From assembly GCF_003334815.1 (NCBI RefSeq), contig NZ_QOWO01000004.1: DNA of 64,000 nt; one strand, written 5' to 3'. Both the position numbers and the translations under genes were made by a program. Shown here in pieces: positions 39,931 through 51,205 of the stretch (position 1 is the first letter of the stretch; the number at the start of each line of letters is the position of its first letter). The notes under the pieces are model-generated. The model ran no database searches. It was not told the DNA's origin and saw nothing but the letters and a program-made list of their open reading frames with translations. This DNA is from Escherichia coli. GTDB lineage: Bacteria; Pseudomonadota; Gammaproteobacteria; Enterobacterales; Enterobacteriaceae.

Positions 39931-41015
39931 TACTGGCGGCCCTCATAGTTCTGTTCAATCCACGATTGATAAGCACCACTTTTCACATTATCAACCCATT
40001 TTGTATTGGACAGGTACCATTCCACCGTTTTACGAATCCCGCTCTCAAACGTTTCCTGCGGTTTCCAGCCCAATTCGCGGCTAATCTTCTCTGCATCAAT
40101 CGCATAACGGCGATCGTGTCCCGGGCGATCGGCAACATAAGTAATTTGCTCACGGTAAGATTTCTCTTTCGGTACAATCTCATCCAACAAATCACAAATA
40201 GTGAGCACTACATCGATGTTTTTCTTTTCGTTGTGTCCACCAATGTTATAAGTTTCACCCGCTTTACCTTCGGTTACGACGATATATAACGCACGCGCAT
40301 GATCTTCAACATACAGCCAGTCACGAATTTGATCCCCTTTGCCATAAATAGGTAATGCCTTACCTTCCAGAGCATTAAGAATTACTAGTGGAATCAATTT
40401 TTCCGGAAAGTGATAAGGACCGTAGTTATTCGAACAGTTAGTCACAATGGTCGGTAAACCATAGGTACGTTTCCACGCACGGACTAAATGATCGCTGGAT
40501 GCTTTTGATGCGGAATAAGGACTACTAGGCGCGTAAGCTGTCGTCTCAGTAAAGAGGGGTAATTGTTCTTTATTATTTACTTCGTCAGGATGAGGCAGAT
40601 CGCCATAGACTTCGTCAGTAGAAATATGATGAAAACGGAAGCTATTTTTCTTGTCGCCATCAAGAGCAGACCAGTAATTGCGAGCCGCTTCCAAAAGGAC
40701 ATAAGTACCAACAATATTGGTTTCAATAAATGCCGCAGGGCCTGTAATTGAACGATCCACATGGCTTTCAGCAGCCAGGTGCATCACTGCATCCGGCTGA
40801 TGCTGAGCAAAAATCCGCGCCATTGCAGCAGCATCGCAAATATCCGCATGTTCAAAAACATAGCGTTCAGAATCAGAAACATCAGCAAGTGATTCCAGGT
40901 TTCCGGCGTACGTTAATTTATCGACATTAACAACACTATCCTGCGTATTATTTATAATGTGACGAACTACTGCAGAACCAATAAATCCTGCGCCACCAGT
41001 AACAAGTATCTTCAC
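39930..41015 (-). CDS. rmlB: dTDP-glucose 4,6-dehydratase
   Basis: 361 aa; [14 protein letters not shown]ossmann motif and YSASK catalytic motif. Confidence 0.95.
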   Translation of the reverse strand: MKILVTGGAGFIGSAVVRHIINNTQDSVVNVDKLTYAGNLESLADVSDSERYVFEHADICDAAAMARIFAQHQPDAVMHLAAESHVDRSITGPAAFIETNIVGTYVLLEAARNYWSALDGDKKNSFRFHHISTDEVYGDLPHPDEVNNKEQLPLFTETTAYAPSSPYSASKASSDHLVRAWKRTYGLPTIVTNCSNNYGPYHFPEKLIPLVILNALEGKALPIYGKGDQIRDWLYVEDHARALYIVVTEGKAGETYNIGGHNEKKNIDVVLTICDLLDEIVPKEKSYREQITYVADRPGHDRRYAIDAEKISRELGWKPQETFESGIRKTVEWYLSNTKWVDNVKSGAYQSWIEQNYEGRQ

Positions 41016-41089
41016 TTTTTTATTCCATATTACTTCAGAGCATGCTGTGAAATTAGCGGCTCTTAGTTTGATTAATAGAGGTATTAATG

Positions 41090-41101
41090 CACGCTACCGC
41101 C
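41090..41101 (-). promoter_or_regulatory. ops element (GGCGGTAGCGTG) within the JUMPstart sequence upstream of rmlB
   Basis: Exact 12-nt ops motif on the minus strand about 75 nt upstream of the rmlB start; this is the RfaH recruitment site class. Confidence 0.85.
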
Positions 41102-41386
41102 CCTGGCTTTACAGCTACCAGAGCACTGCATGCATGCCTACGATGTAGCGAGCGTTACCCACTCGCGCTTAACCCGAAAAATTCAAACGCTAATTGTCTT
41201 ACCAATTCGCCCTGGAAACAAGGAAAATCCTGGAAAACTTTGACTAAAATCCTATTGCTAACTCGTTGTTATTCTGATTGTTTATATAAAACAACGGCAG
41301 GAATATTCGCAACAAATTACTTTCGCCACGAATCTTCACTGCCGTTATAATTTTCTTATCAACCGTTACATCCGGTCAGATTTTCA

Positions 41387-42280
41387 TTATTCGCTTAACA
41401 GTTTCTCAATACCTTTACGGAACTTCGCCCCTTCTTTCAGGTTGCGTAGTCCATACTTCACAAATGCCTGCATATAGCCCATTTTTTTACCGCAGTCGTA
41501 GCTGTCACCAGTCATCAGCATTGCATCAACAGACTGTTTTTTCGCCAGTTCGGCAATGGCATCTGTCAGTTGGATACGTCCCCATGCACCTGGCTGAGTG
41601 CGTTCAAGTTCCGGCCAAATATCTGCAGAAAGCACATAGCGACCAACGGCCATGATGTCTGAGTCCAGCGTCTGCGGCTGATCCGGTTTTTCGATAAATT
41701 CAACAATGCGGCTGACTTTACCTTCACGATCCAGTGGTTCTTTGGTCTGAATAACGGAGTATTCAGAGAGGTCACCCGGCATACGTTTTGCCAGCACCTG
41801 GCTACGGCCCGTTTCATTGAAACGCGCAATCATGGCAGCAAGGTTGTAACGCAGCGGATCGGCACTGGCGTCGTCGATCACAACGTCTGGCAGCACCACG
41901 ACAAATGGGTTGTCACCAATGGCGGGTCGTGCACACAAAATGGAGTGACCTAAACCTAAAGGTTCGCCCTGACGTACGTTCATAATGGTCACGCCCGGCG
42001 GGCAGATGGACTGAACTTCCGCCAGTAGTTGACGCTTCACGCGCAGTTCAAGAAGAGATTCTAATTCATAAGAGGTGTCGAAGTGGTTTTCGACCGCGTT
42101 CTTGGACGCGTGAGTTACCAGGAGGATTTCTTTGATACCTGCAGCCACAATCTCGTCAACAATGTACTGAATCATTGGCTTGTCGACGATCGGTAGCATC
42201 TCTTTGGGAATCGCCTTAGTGGCAGGCAACATATGCATCCCAAGACCCGCTACAGGAATAACTGCTTTTAAATTCGTCAT
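41387..42280 (-). CDS. galF: UTP-glucose-1-phosphate uridylyltransferase paralog GalF
   Basis: Start at [30 protein letters not shown]; 297 aa. Confidence 0.9.
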   Translation of the reverse strand: MTNLKAVIPVAGLGMHMLPATKAIPKEMLPIVDKPMIQYIVDEIVAAGIKEILLVTHASKNAVENHFDTSYELESLLELRVKRQLLAEVQSICPPGVTIMNVRQGEPLGLGHSILCARPAIGDNPFVVVLPDVVIDDASADPLRYNLAAMIARFNETGRSQVLAKRMPGDLSEYSVIQTKEPLDREGKVSRIVEFIEKPDQPQTLDSDIMAVGRYVLSADIWPELERTQPGAWGRIQLTDAIAELAKKQSVDAMLMTGDSYDCGKKMGYMQAFVKYGLRNLKEGAKFRKGIEKLLSE

Positions 42281-42454
42281 TATTTCATCCACCTGTAAAA
42301 TGGTTGCTGAATTATAGCTTGTTCGATTTTTTTCGCCAGCATCAATTACCCTGAATTGATTACTGAATTACTTGTGATGTTACGCCGCTTCGTTGTGGAT
42401 TGCAGTAGCATTGTTCCTAAGTATGGCTCCATTTTTCCAGGAATGGTCGCAAAT

Positions 42455-43849
42455 CTACTCCCTCCGTTCCGGCAATCTAAAGTTAATCTTTTCCACATTA
42501 ACAATATGGTGATTAATCCTGTCGATATCGACGGAGCTTTGCCCTCTTTCATTCACCGCATGAACATTTGCAAGAGACAGCAGTGTTTCTTTTTTCGCCA
42601 TAAAGACGCCGCGAACGTCTTTGCGCATGTCGAAGTTCATGCTCAATGCGGGACCAACTGAGGATTCCTGCATCACTTTGATATTACGCATAAAAAGATG
42701 TTGCGGTTTATTGTGAAGCTCCAGCGAGGCACGCTTCATCTCAATGTTAGTCAGTGCCACAAAGGAGGCAGCATTCCCGGCGGAGATTTGGATGCCGCGC
42801 AATTTATAAGCAAGATGGGTGTTATCCAGTTGAATATTATTCACTCGGAAATTTTGCGGTATCGAGAGATATTTGCCTTTAATTACCCCATAGCCGATTA
42901 ACATCCCGGCGCTATTAATCATTTCAATATTATCAATCACGAAATTGTCACAACCATAAATAGCGACTGTGGCGTTATCTATGCCTGCTTTCTTACTGAA
43001 ATCCGGCGTGATATTGCGGGCTTTGATATTACGGATAACAAAATGTTTGCCATTTTCAACATGGATCAACTGCCGACAATCCGATCCCGTGATATTTGCC
43101 ACGACAAAGTTTTTCACTGCCTGGTCTTCCGGGTAGTTATTATCATAAGTACTCCCCGCAAGGCCTATGCCAATGCCCCAGTTGATTTTGCCATTAGTAC
43201 AGTTGATGCGCTCGATGACATGGTCGGAGATCAAAATATCACGGTCGTTAATCGCCACGTTCCATTCAATGGCGTCGCCCTGTAAATCACTAAATTTACA
43301 GTTGGTGATGTTGGCACCGATAATCTGGTTATGAAATCCCTGGCGTAAGATGGCGTAATTAGCGTGGCTGACAGTGAGGTTATCGATGGTCAGGTTGCGC
43401 ATGACCCGTTTGTTTTTGCCGCCGATATAAATCTGCGTTACCGGACCAAAGCCGCTCATCGCCAGCCCTTTGATGGTGCAGTCAGAACCACGCACATCCA
43501 GGGTGATGTTATGCATACTGCCGCCCTCCTCCCCTGTCACCTGGCTGCCGTCCTGTAAGACAAATCGCCCTCTGCCGTTGCCGCGCAGGCTTCCAAGGAT
43601 GTGTAACGTTTTACCTGCAGGAATGAAGATGCCGGTGTTGATATTGTCACAAACGAATCCGGCAGGCACGACGACCGTATGCCCTTCGCTGAAGGCTTGT
43701 TTAAATGAGGCGATCCAGTCGTGTGGGTTGTAGTCGTTAATGTTAACGCTTTGTCTGGCGCGAAGTGCGCGAGCGAAAGGGGTATGGAGGAAGGCAAGCG
43801 CGGAGCTTGCCGTCAGGAAGGTGCGTCGGGAGAGTTTTTTAAATGGCAT
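42455..43849 (-). CDS. wcaM: colanic acid biosynthesis protein WcaM
   Basis: 464 aa with Tat-like signal ([15 protein letters not shown]) and beta-helix-like repeats; last gene of the wca cluster. Confidence 0.9.
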   Translation of the reverse strand: MPFKKLSRRTFLTASSALAFLHTPFARALRARQSVNINDYNPHDWIASFKQAFSEGHTVVVPAGFVCDNINTGIFIPAGKTLHILGSLRGNGRGRFVLQDGSQVTGEEGGSMHNITLDVRGSDCTIKGLAMSGFGPVTQIYIGGKNKRVMRNLTIDNLTVSHANYAILRQGFHNQIIGANITNCKFSDLQGDAIEWNVAINDRDILISDHVIERINCTNGKINWGIGIGLAGSTYDNNYPEDQAVKNFVVANITGSDCRQLIHVENGKHFVIRNIKARNITPDFSKKAGIDNATVAIYGCDNFVIDNIEMINSAGMLIGYGVIKGKYLSIPQNFRVNNIQLDNTHLAYKLRGIQISAGNAASFVALTNIEMKRASLELHNKPQHLFMRNIKVMQESSVGPALSMNFDMRKDVRGVFMAKKETLLSLANVHAVNERGQSSVDIDRINHHIVNVEKINFRLPERRE

Positions 43850-43859
43850 GCGTTCTCCT

Positions 43860-45080
43860 CTATAAAGCCTGCAACAAGCTGGCGAGTTCCCGATTAATCA
43901 CCTGCTGGTTAAAATCGTGTTCGACTTTTTCGCGAGCACGTTTGACAACCGGAGCCAGTTCGTCGGTGTCCAGTTGGCTAAACGCCGCCAGTCGTTGCGC
44001 CAGTGCGCGAGCATCGTTCTCAGGCACCAGCCAGCCGGATTTATCGGCCTCCACCAGTTCCGGTATTCCGCTATGCAGAGTAGAAACCACCGGAATGCCG
44101 ACCGCCATCGCTTCCATCAGCGCCACCGGAATGCCTTCCATATCGCCATCCGCGCCCGTTACCGATGGCAACAGGAAGACATCCGCGTCGTCGAGCATCG
44201 CTTTCACTTCGTGGCTCGGTTTAAAGCCCGGCATCTCTACCACATCTTCCAGTTGATATTGTTCGATGAGGGTACGCAGGCGTCGTTCCCACGGGCCAAT
44301 GCCGAGGATGCGATAGCGAAATGCCACGCCCTGCTCTTTCAGCTGACGGCAGGCTTCAATCGCCACATGCAGGCCTTTTTTCTCGGTTAAGCGTGCGACA
44401 GATATGATTTCCAGCGGCGTTGCGGGCGCTTTCACCGGACGCGGGCTAAAGCGCGTCATGTCCACGCCCATGCGCGATACGGCGATTTTTTCCCTCGGGC
44501 AGCCCATTTTTTGCAGCCTTCCGGCCCACAGATCGCTTATCGGTAGCATCAGGTCGCCACGGCGAAACAGTTGTTGATATTCGGGGGTGTAGTGGTTGAG
44601 CACTTCCCGACTGGAGATATCAATGCCGTGGAAAATGGTGGCAATTTTGCCGCGAATGACACCCAGTTCCCGTAGTTTTGCTGCGGTTACCCCCGCAGGG
44701 CCAAAATGAGCGATGAACACATCGGCATGAAACGGTGTTGCGACCTGGCCGCAAATGGCAGACAAAATCAGGTTCCGCGACTCGGCACCATAGCGTTTGA
44801 GGTTGAGCGCCTGCCAAGTATTTTTACGATGAATGCCGCGTAACGTCTGGCTGGCGCGGTGGCGCAGCTTCGCCACTTTGCCCGTAGGTTCGTCCTGTAA
44901 CCAATGGGTTCTGGCGGCAAGGTTATATTTCGTCCATGCCGCGTGGGTGTTTTGTGTGTCGCCTTTTTGCAGCGCGACAATCTCTACCTCAAATCCCATA
45001 TCAATAAACGCGGTAATTTGGTTGAGAACGAAGGTTTCCGACGACAGCGGAAATTTCAGTAAAAAGAAGCCGACCTTCAT
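43860..45080 (-). CDS. wcaL: colanic acid glycosyltransferase WcaL (GT4)
   Basis: 406 aa; conserved wca gene order. Confidence 0.9.
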   Translation of the reverse strand: MKVGFFLLKFPLSSETFVLNQITAFIDMGFEVEIVALQKGDTQNTHAAWTKYNLAARTHWLQDEPTGKVAKLRHRASQTLRGIHRKNTWQALNLKRYGAESRNLILSAICGQVATPFHADVFIAHFGPAGVTAAKLRELGVIRGKIATIFHGIDISSREVLNHYTPEYQQLFRRGDLMLPISDLWAGRLQKMGCPREKIAVSRMGVDMTRFSPRPVKAPATPLEIISVARLTEKKGLHVAIEACRQLKEQGVAFRYRILGIGPWERRLRTLIEQYQLEDVVEMPGFKPSHEVKAMLDDADVFLLPSVTGADGDMEGIPVALMEAMAVGIPVVSTLHSGIPELVEADKSGWLVPENDARALAQRLAAFSQLDTDELAPVVKRAREKVEHDFNQQVINRELASLLQAL

Positions 45081-46357
45081 TTCGCCTCCCCGATGCGCTC
45101 AAGCACAGACTGCACCATCTGCATTCCCGTCTGACGCTCACGACTGACGGCTTCACTAAGTCGCGCGTTCAGCGCCGGAAGCTGGCCCAAGGTATCCGCA
45201 ACCATCACTTGCAGGCTGCCGTCTAATAAATGACGGATATCAATCGCCATATCTGGTAGCCCCAACTGCTGCATAATTCCGGCGGATTTATGCTCATAGT
45301 TGATGGCAATTGCCGGAGTGGCAAAGTTCATTGAGATAATGGCGGAGTGCAGGCGCGTACCGACGGTGAGTTCACAGGCACCGAGAATTTTGCCCATTTC
45401 CAGATCGTTGAGTTCATCCATCACTACGTGGTAACGGGCAGGCTCGCTGATGTGCTGGCGCAGATTGAGCGCCACCATGCGGTCGTCTTTGTTATAGCTG
45501 TCGATACCCGTACAGGTGGAGAGCGCAATCACCTGATACCCTTCATCGAGAATGCGATTGACCACCCCGGCAAAGGCTTTTTCATACGCTTGTTGAGTGG
45601 TGCCGAGACGTTTGTCGAACGGTGCCAGTTCGCGCAGGGTAATGGCCACCGTTTTCTGTTGTGCGGCAACGTCCAGCCAGTGTTGAACGGCATAGCTGGC
45701 GGTGAAATCTTCGGTGTGGTGATCGACCAGCCACGCGGTATCGACGCCATGTTCCACTTTTGCGGTGGTGATATTGCTGTGTTTCATCAGATCAAGGCTG
45801 ACCGATTCGCGCAGGATCAGCGCGTCGCAGTGACCAAAAACGTAGTTCGCCAGTTGGTTAAATTGCTCATCCTGGAAGGGGCCAACACTGTGACCAATCA
45901 TAAACAGCGGCTTTTTCGCCATAAACGTGCAAAGCGCATGTTCAAACTGCGGCACGCCGTAGAGATCGACAAAAAACGATCCGCCGACCTGGATAATGGC
46001 GTCGTAACCTGACAGCAGGCGCACGAAGTCGGTGAATCCCTGGGCGATGGCGATATTACGCAGCTTGCCAGTGTCGGTGACGCGTGAGAGCAATACCTGA
46101 TGCTGGTAGCGGCGACGGAGGACTTTTTTAACGCGCCCGACAACGCCCGCCGCGCTGTTGTGTTGTTTCATTTGCAGGAACAGCGGATCGCCCATTACCG
46201 GGCGGTTGAGCAGCCAGGAAGAACTGACCGGATAGCGGCTCATGACGTCCACTTCGGCATGTGGATTGAGGATGTTGATGGCATCAAGTAAGCCGCGCAA
46301 GATGGCGCTGTCGCCGCGATTGCCGCAAGTGTGGTTGCCCAGAATAAGTAATTTCAT
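45077..46357 (-). CDS. wcaK: colanic acid pyruvyl transferase WcaK
   Basis: 426 aa; polysaccharide pyruvyl transferase family. Confidence 0.9.
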   Translation of the reverse strand: MKLLILGNHTCGNRGDSAILRGLLDAINILNPHAEVDVMSRYPVSSSWLLNRPVMGDPLFLQMKQHNSAAGVVGRVKKVLRRRYQHQVLLSRVTDTGKLRNIAIAQGFTDFVRLLSGYDAIIQVGGSFFVDLYGVPQFEHALCTFMAKKPLFMIGHSVGPFQDEQFNQLANYVFGHCDALILRESVSLDLMKHSNITTAKVEHGVDTAWLVDHHTEDFTASYAVQHWLDVAAQQKTVAITLRELAPFDKRLGTTQQAYEKAFAGVVNRILDEGYQVIALSTCTGIDSYNKDDRMVALNLRQHISEPARYHVVMDELNDLEMGKILGACELTVGTRLHSAIISMNFATPAIAINYEHKSAGIMQQLGLPDMAIDIRHLLDGSLQVMVADTLGQLPALNARLSEAVSRERQTGMQMVQSVLERIGEAK

Positions 46358-46418
46358 TTTTTCCTCATAAATTTGATGCCAGGTGAGGCTGTGTTTGTTG
46401 TGTTCATTGCCGTTTTTT

Positions 46419-46607
46419 GCCTGATGCGACGCTGGCGCGTCTTATCAGGCCTACAAGACCCGAGCACAGAACCGTAGACCGGATAAGGCGTTCACGCCGC
46501 ATCCGGCATTCAGTGCCTGATGCGACGCTGACGCGTCTTATCAGGCCTACAGGTCCCGAGCACAGAACCGTAGGATGGATAAGGCGTTTTACGCCGCATC
46601 CGGCAAC
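46419..46607. repeat. REP/BIME cluster (at least two REP units) between wzxC and wcaK
   Basis: Repeated gcctgatgcgacgctggcgcgtcttatcaggcctac and ggataaggcgtt(c/t)acgccgcatccggca units. Confidence 0.85.
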
Positions 46608-46632
46608 CGTTGTCGGAACCGAAAACAGCAAC

Positions 46633-48111
46633 TCACCCCGCCCGTAAAAGCATTTTCATTTTTTCGCTGCGACAAAACTGACGCTTCACTTCCACCACCA
46701 GCGGATGGCGCGACAGCACAATCATCACCACAAACGCCAGAACGCCCGCGGCTATTTGCACCGCCAGCAGCATCCCCAGCGCCAGTTGCCCTTTCAGCAC
46801 AATGCCCAGCGCATAACTGACCACCAGCGTCGGCAGCGAGAGATAAAACGGCAGCCATAAACTCAGGATGTACTGGCGATAACTGGAACCAAGAACCGGT
46901 TTAATCATCACGAAGTAACTCAGAATGGTGTTGATAATCTGTACCAACAGGAAGCCGAGCGTGACGCCAATTGCGCCCGCCATCTGCCCACCTATAACAA
47001 TCGCCGGAATAAACAGAAAGGTTTTGAATACGTTGAATTTAAAGCTGATATCGACCCGCGCTTTCGCCATCAGCAGCGAACCAATCGGGTTACCTACGGA
47101 ACGCAGCAGACCCACCACACACAGCAATTGCAGCACCGGAATAATGCTGTTCCACTTCTCACCAAAGACCAGCGGTACAAAGTTATTCGACACCACCATC
47201 AGCCCCAGCAGCGCCGGAAAGTTGATAATCCCAACTACCGACAGCAGCTTGTAGAAGTTAACGCGCAGCTTTTCGGTGTCGTCCTGAATTTTGGCAAACG
47301 CCGGAAACAACACGCGGGTGATGATCGGGTTCAGCTTCATCGGCGGCACAACGGCCACGTTGTAAGCCAGGTTGTAGCCCCCTGCCACGCCCGCGCCGAG
47401 AATACGCGCCAGCACCAGCGTTGAAAGGTTGGTATTGAGATAGTTGATGATGCTGTCCGCCGTCAGCCAGGCACCAAAGCGTAAGTTCGGTGCCACCGAC
47501 GCCAGCGAGAAATGCAGACCGGGGCGATAAATTTTGCGGCCAAAGTAGCCAAACAGCAGCGTTCTCACCGCACTATTGACCAGATAACCGAGGATCGCGG
47601 TCATCGCCAGCGGCCAGAAATGGGCGCTAACCACCGTAAAAGTGAAGCCCGCCAGTACCGCGCTGGTTTCGATCATGCCGATTTTGTTGAACTCCAGCTC
47701 CTTTTGCATCAACGCGCGGAACTGCTGCCCCTGGGGGATCACCACAAACGCCAGCGACAATGTTTTAATCAACGGTGCCAGGTCCGGGTTATTCAGCACG
47801 TCGCCGATGAGATCACTCAACAAAAACACCGCCAGACACACCACAAGCCCCAGCCCGACGTTCAGCCAGTACAGCGTGGTGAGTTCAAGGTGGCTGATTT
47901 CTTTTCGCTGAATAATCGAGTTAGCGATACCGAAGTCAGAAAGCGTATCTGCCAGCGCGATGATCACCAGCGACACGGTAAGCAAACCGAACTGGTGGTT
48001 GTCGATAATCCGCGCCAGCACGGTCATCTGCACCAGCCCGAGGCCGATGATGATCACCGTGGCAACCGCCGACCACTTCGCGCCGCTGATGGTTTTTTCA
48101 CGTAAGCTCAT
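46633..48111 (-). CDS. wzxC: colanic acid repeat-unit flippase WzxC
   Basis: 492 aa polytopic MOP-family protein. Confidence 0.9.
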   Translation of the reverse strand: MSLREKTISGAKWSAVATVIIIGLGLVQMTVLARIIDNHQFGLLTVSLVIIALADTLSDFGIANSIIQRKEISHLELTTLYWLNVGLGLVVCLAVFLLSDLIGDVLNNPDLAPLIKTLSLAFVVIPQGQQFRALMQKELEFNKIGMIETSAVLAGFTFTVVSAHFWPLAMTAILGYLVNSAVRTLLFGYFGRKIYRPGLHFSLASVAPNLRFGAWLTADSIINYLNTNLSTLVLARILGAGVAGGYNLAYNVAVVPPMKLNPIITRVLFPAFAKIQDDTEKLRVNFYKLLSVVGIINFPALLGLMVVSNNFVPLVFGEKWNSIIPVLQLLCVVGLLRSVGNPIGSLLMAKARVDISFKFNVFKTFLFIPAIVIGGQMAGAIGVTLGFLLVQIINTILSYFVMIKPVLGSSYRQYILSLWLPFYLSLPTLVVSYALGIVLKGQLALGMLLAVQIAAGVLAFVVMIVLSRHPLVVEVKRQFCRSEKMKMLLRAG

Positions 48112-48112
48112 A

Positions 48113-49507
48113 TCAATATGCCGCTTTGTTAACGAAACCTTTGAACACCGTCAGGAAAACGATTTTGATATCGAACCAGACGCTCCATTCGCGGATGTAC
48201 TCAAGGTCGAACTCGACGCGTTTTTCCATTTTCTCCAGCGTGTCGGTTTCGCCGCGCCAGCCGTTAATCTGCGCCCAGCCGGTAATGCCCGGTTTCACTT
48301 TATGGCGCAGCATGTAGCCTTCAATGAGCTGGCGATACTGTTCGTTATGCGCTACTGCGTGCGGACGTGGACCGACAATCGACATCCCCCCGGTCAGCAC
48401 ATTGATAAACTGCGGTAATTCGTCCAGCGAGGTGCGGCGCAGAAAGTTCCCCACTTTAGTGACGCGCGGATCGTTCTGCGTCGCCTGGGTCACCACTTTG
48501 TCGTTCTCCATCACTTTCATGGAACGGAACTTCCACACTTTGATCGGCTTGCCATCCATGCCGTAGCGAGTCTGGCGGAAAATAACCGGCCCTGGTGAAC
48601 TGAGTTTTACCGCCAGCGCAATACAGCACAGCACCGGGGAGATCAGCAGCAAGATCAGCGTCGCCAGCACAATGTCTTCCGCACGTTTTAGCAGGCGGTT
48701 AACCCCGGAAAGCGGCGTGTCATACAGCGGCACCACCGGAACGCCGTTCATCTCTTCGAGACGTGAATGGAGAATATTGAAGGTAAAGACATCGGGGATC
48801 AGCAGCACCGAACAGGTGGTGTCCGCCAGTTGATGGACCAGTTTTTTCACTCGCGCGCCGTCGCACATTTGCATCGCGATATAGACGTTATGAATCTTGC
48901 CCGCTTTAGCATCCTCGACCAGCTGTTGCAGATTGCCCGCCCAGTCGTTAGAAACGCCGCCCGGTTTCGGGTCGTGGTAAACGCCCACCACTTCAAACCC
49001 TAACCACGGCTGATTACGGAAGCTCTCCATCAGCATTTGTCCGGCGGCTAAATCCCCCGCCACCGCGACCATGCGCTTGTTATAGCCATGATTACGCAGC
49101 CAGCCCGCCCCAATGCGAATACATGAACGGCAAACCACCAGTCCGATACTGGTCAGCCCATACCACGCCAGCCAGATTTTCAGTTGCGTGTCGAAATCAT
49201 TGTTGAACGCCACCAGTCCGGCGCTGAAAATCACGCTTAAGGTCCAGTTTTGTAGCAACAGGGCAAATTCTGTCGCTGCCCGAACACCGCGCCATGAGCG
49301 ATAAAAATCGGTGATGCCGCCCAGCATCTGGAACACCACCAGCGTAATCAACGCCACCAACAGGTGCATGTAGAGGAATGACAGTCCGCTCACTTCGCAA
49401 ACCAGCCATAGTCCGGCAAACATGATGGTGATATCTGAAAAGCGTTGCACCATAGAGATTAACGATGCATTGGTTTTCGCTCGCTCGCGCTTTTTTAGAT
49501 TTGTCAT
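48113..49507 (-). CDS. wcaJ: UDP-glucose:undecaprenyl-phosphate glucose-1-phosphate transferase WcaJ
   Basis: 464 aa; polyprenyl-phosphate hexose-1-P transferase C-terminal domain. Confidence 0.9.
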   Translation of the reverse strand: MTNLKKRERAKTNASLISMVQRFSDITIMFAGLWLVCEVSGLSFLYMHLLVALITLVVFQMLGGITDFYRSWRGVRAATEFALLLQNWTLSVIFSAGLVAFNNDFDTQLKIWLAWYGLTSIGLVVCRSCIRIGAGWLRNHGYNKRMVAVAGDLAAGQMLMESFRNQPWLGFEVVGVYHDPKPGGVSNDWAGNLQQLVEDAKAGKIHNVYIAMQMCDGARVKKLVHQLADTTCSVLLIPDVFTFNILHSRLEEMNGVPVVPLYDTPLSGVNRLLKRAEDIVLATLILLLISPVLCCIALAVKLSSPGPVIFRQTRYGMDGKPIKVWKFRSMKVMENDKVVTQATQNDPRVTKVGNFLRRTSLDELPQFINVLTGGMSIVGPRPHAVAHNEQYRQLIEGYMLRHKVKPGITGWAQINGWRGETDTLEKMEKRVEFDLEYIREWSVWFDIKIVFLTVFKGFVNKAAY

Positions 49508-49519
49508 CGTTGTTCCTGT

Positions 49520-49635
49520 TCTATTGTCGCCTCGCCCCTCACCCCGGCCCTCTCCCCAAAGGGGCGAGGGGGAGAAGAAAGTTCCGTGCTCACTTCTCTC
49601 CGCAGGCAGTAGAGCGTCAGGGTGAGGGGGAAAGT
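49520..49635. repeat. GC-rich structured intergenic element with inverted repeats (class undetermined)
   Basis: gcccctcaccc ... gggtgaggggg inverted repeat with an internal ctcccc/aaaggggcgaggggga palindrome, between the cpsG stop and the wcaJ start. Confidence 0.4.
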
Positions 49636-49642
49636 AATGACA

Positions 49643-51013
49643 TTACTCGTTCAGCAACGTCAGCAGAGTTCGCGTTCGCGCTTCCATCAGCGGTACATCA
49701 CCGCGCGATTCCACATTCAACCGCACCACCGGTTCGGTGTTGGAGGAGCGCAGGTTAAAGCGCCAGTCGGCAAAGGTCATGCTGATACCATCGGTGCGAT
49801 CCACCGCCAGCGCCTCACGGCTAAAGTGCTGTTCCACGCGGTTAATCGCCTCAACGGGTTGCGCCAGTTTGCTGTTGATCTCACCGCTTGCCGGAAACGC
49901 CGCCATCCGGTCGCGCACCAGTTCGCCCAGCGTTTTTCCTTTCAGGCACACCAGTTCGGCGACCAGCAGCCATGGGATCATGCCGCTGTCGCAGTAAGCG
50001 AAATCACGGAAGTAATGGTGGGCGCTCATTTCGCCACCGTAGATGGCGTCTTCCTTGCGCATACGTTCTTTAATAAAGGCGTGTCCGGTTTTCGACATTA
50101 CCGGGGTGCCGCCTGCGGCAGTCACCACATCAACGGTATTCCAGGAGAGACGAGGATCGTGGATGATCTTCGCGCCGGGATTTTTTTCGAGGAACGCTTC
50201 TGCCAGCAGGCCGACAATGTAGTAGCCCTCAATAAACTGCCCTTTTTCGTCAAACAGGAAGCAGCGGTCAAAATCGCCATCAAAGGCAATGCCCATATCC
50301 GCGCCGTGTTTGATGACCGCATTGCGGGTGTCGTCGCGGCATTCCGGCAGTAGTGGGTTAGGAATACCGTTGGGGAAATTGCCGTCCGGCGTGTTGTGCA
50401 CTTTGATTAATTCCACGGGTGCGCCGAGGGCTTTAAAGCGGGCTTCAATGGCGTCCACCACCGGACCCGCTGCGCCGTTCCCGGAGTTGATCACCAGCTT
50501 GAGCGGCGTGAGGTTTTTGACGTTGATATAACCGAACAGGTGATCAACGTAAGCGTCACGCAGGTTGATTTGCTGATAGCGACCGCGTTTGGTTTCATCG
50601 ACGGGAGGAAAGTCGTTGGCTTCAGCCAGACGCTGGACGTCGCGCAGTCCGGTATCTCCGCTGATCGGGCGAGCCCCCTCGCGAACCAGCTTCATGCCGT
50701 TATAATCCATCGGATTATGGCTGGCGGTAACTTCAATGCCGCCATCCACGCCGAGATGGAACGTGGCGAAATAGATCTCTTCGGTGCCGGACATACCAAT
50801 ATCCAGCACGTCAACGCCCGCATCCTGTAAACCTTTTGCCAGCGCCAGTTTTAAGGTTTCGCTGGTGAGACGGACATCACCGCCTAACACAATGGTTTTC
50901 GGTTTGAGAAATTCGCCATAAGCGCGACCAATGCGCCAGGCAATATCTTCATTCAATTCTTCGCCTAATTTCCCGCGAATATCATAGGCTTTAAAGCAGG
51001 TTAATTTTTTCAT
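49643..51013 (-). CDS. cpsG: phosphomannomutase
   Basis: Start at [15 protein letters not shown]; 456 aa. Confidence 0.9.
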   Translation of the reverse strand: MKKLTCFKAYDIRGKLGEELNEDIAWRIGRAYGEFLKPKTIVLGGDVRLTSETLKLALAKGLQDAGVDVLDIGMSGTEEIYFATFHLGVDGGIEVTASHNPMDYNGMKLVREGARPISGDTGLRDVQRLAEANDFPPVDETKRGRYQQINLRDAYVDHLFGYINVKNLTPLKLVINSGNGAAGPVVDAIEARFKALGAPVELIKVHNTPDGNFPNGIPNPLLPECRDDTRNAVIKHGADMGIAFDGDFDRCFLFDEKGQFIEGYYIVGLLAEAFLEKNPGAKIIHDPRLSWNTVDVVTAAGGTPVMSKTGHAFIKERMRKEDAIYGGEMSAHHYFRDFAYCDSGMIPWLLVAELVCLKGKTLGELVRDRMAAFPASGEINSKLAQPVEAINRVEQHFSREALAVDRTDGISMTFADWRFNLRSSNTEPVVRLNVESRGDVPLMEARTRTLLTLLNE

Positions 51014-51102
51014 ATCGTTACCCTTTTTCAGGCAATAGTTGGCCCTGACCGAAGCGGCCAATTTTATTTTTGTCGTTATTTACACCGCGGTTTCGCATTC
51101 AT

Positions 51103-51203
<101 letters not shown>

Positions 51204-51205
51204 GT

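Noticed and set aside
46404-46858. Several 75-90 aa ORFs on both strands between wcaK and wzxC (46404-46631, 46417-46647, 46575-46820, 46589-46858)
   Set aside because: They run through the REP/BIME palindromes, which generate mirrored spurious ORFs, or lie antisense to the wzxC 3-prime end.
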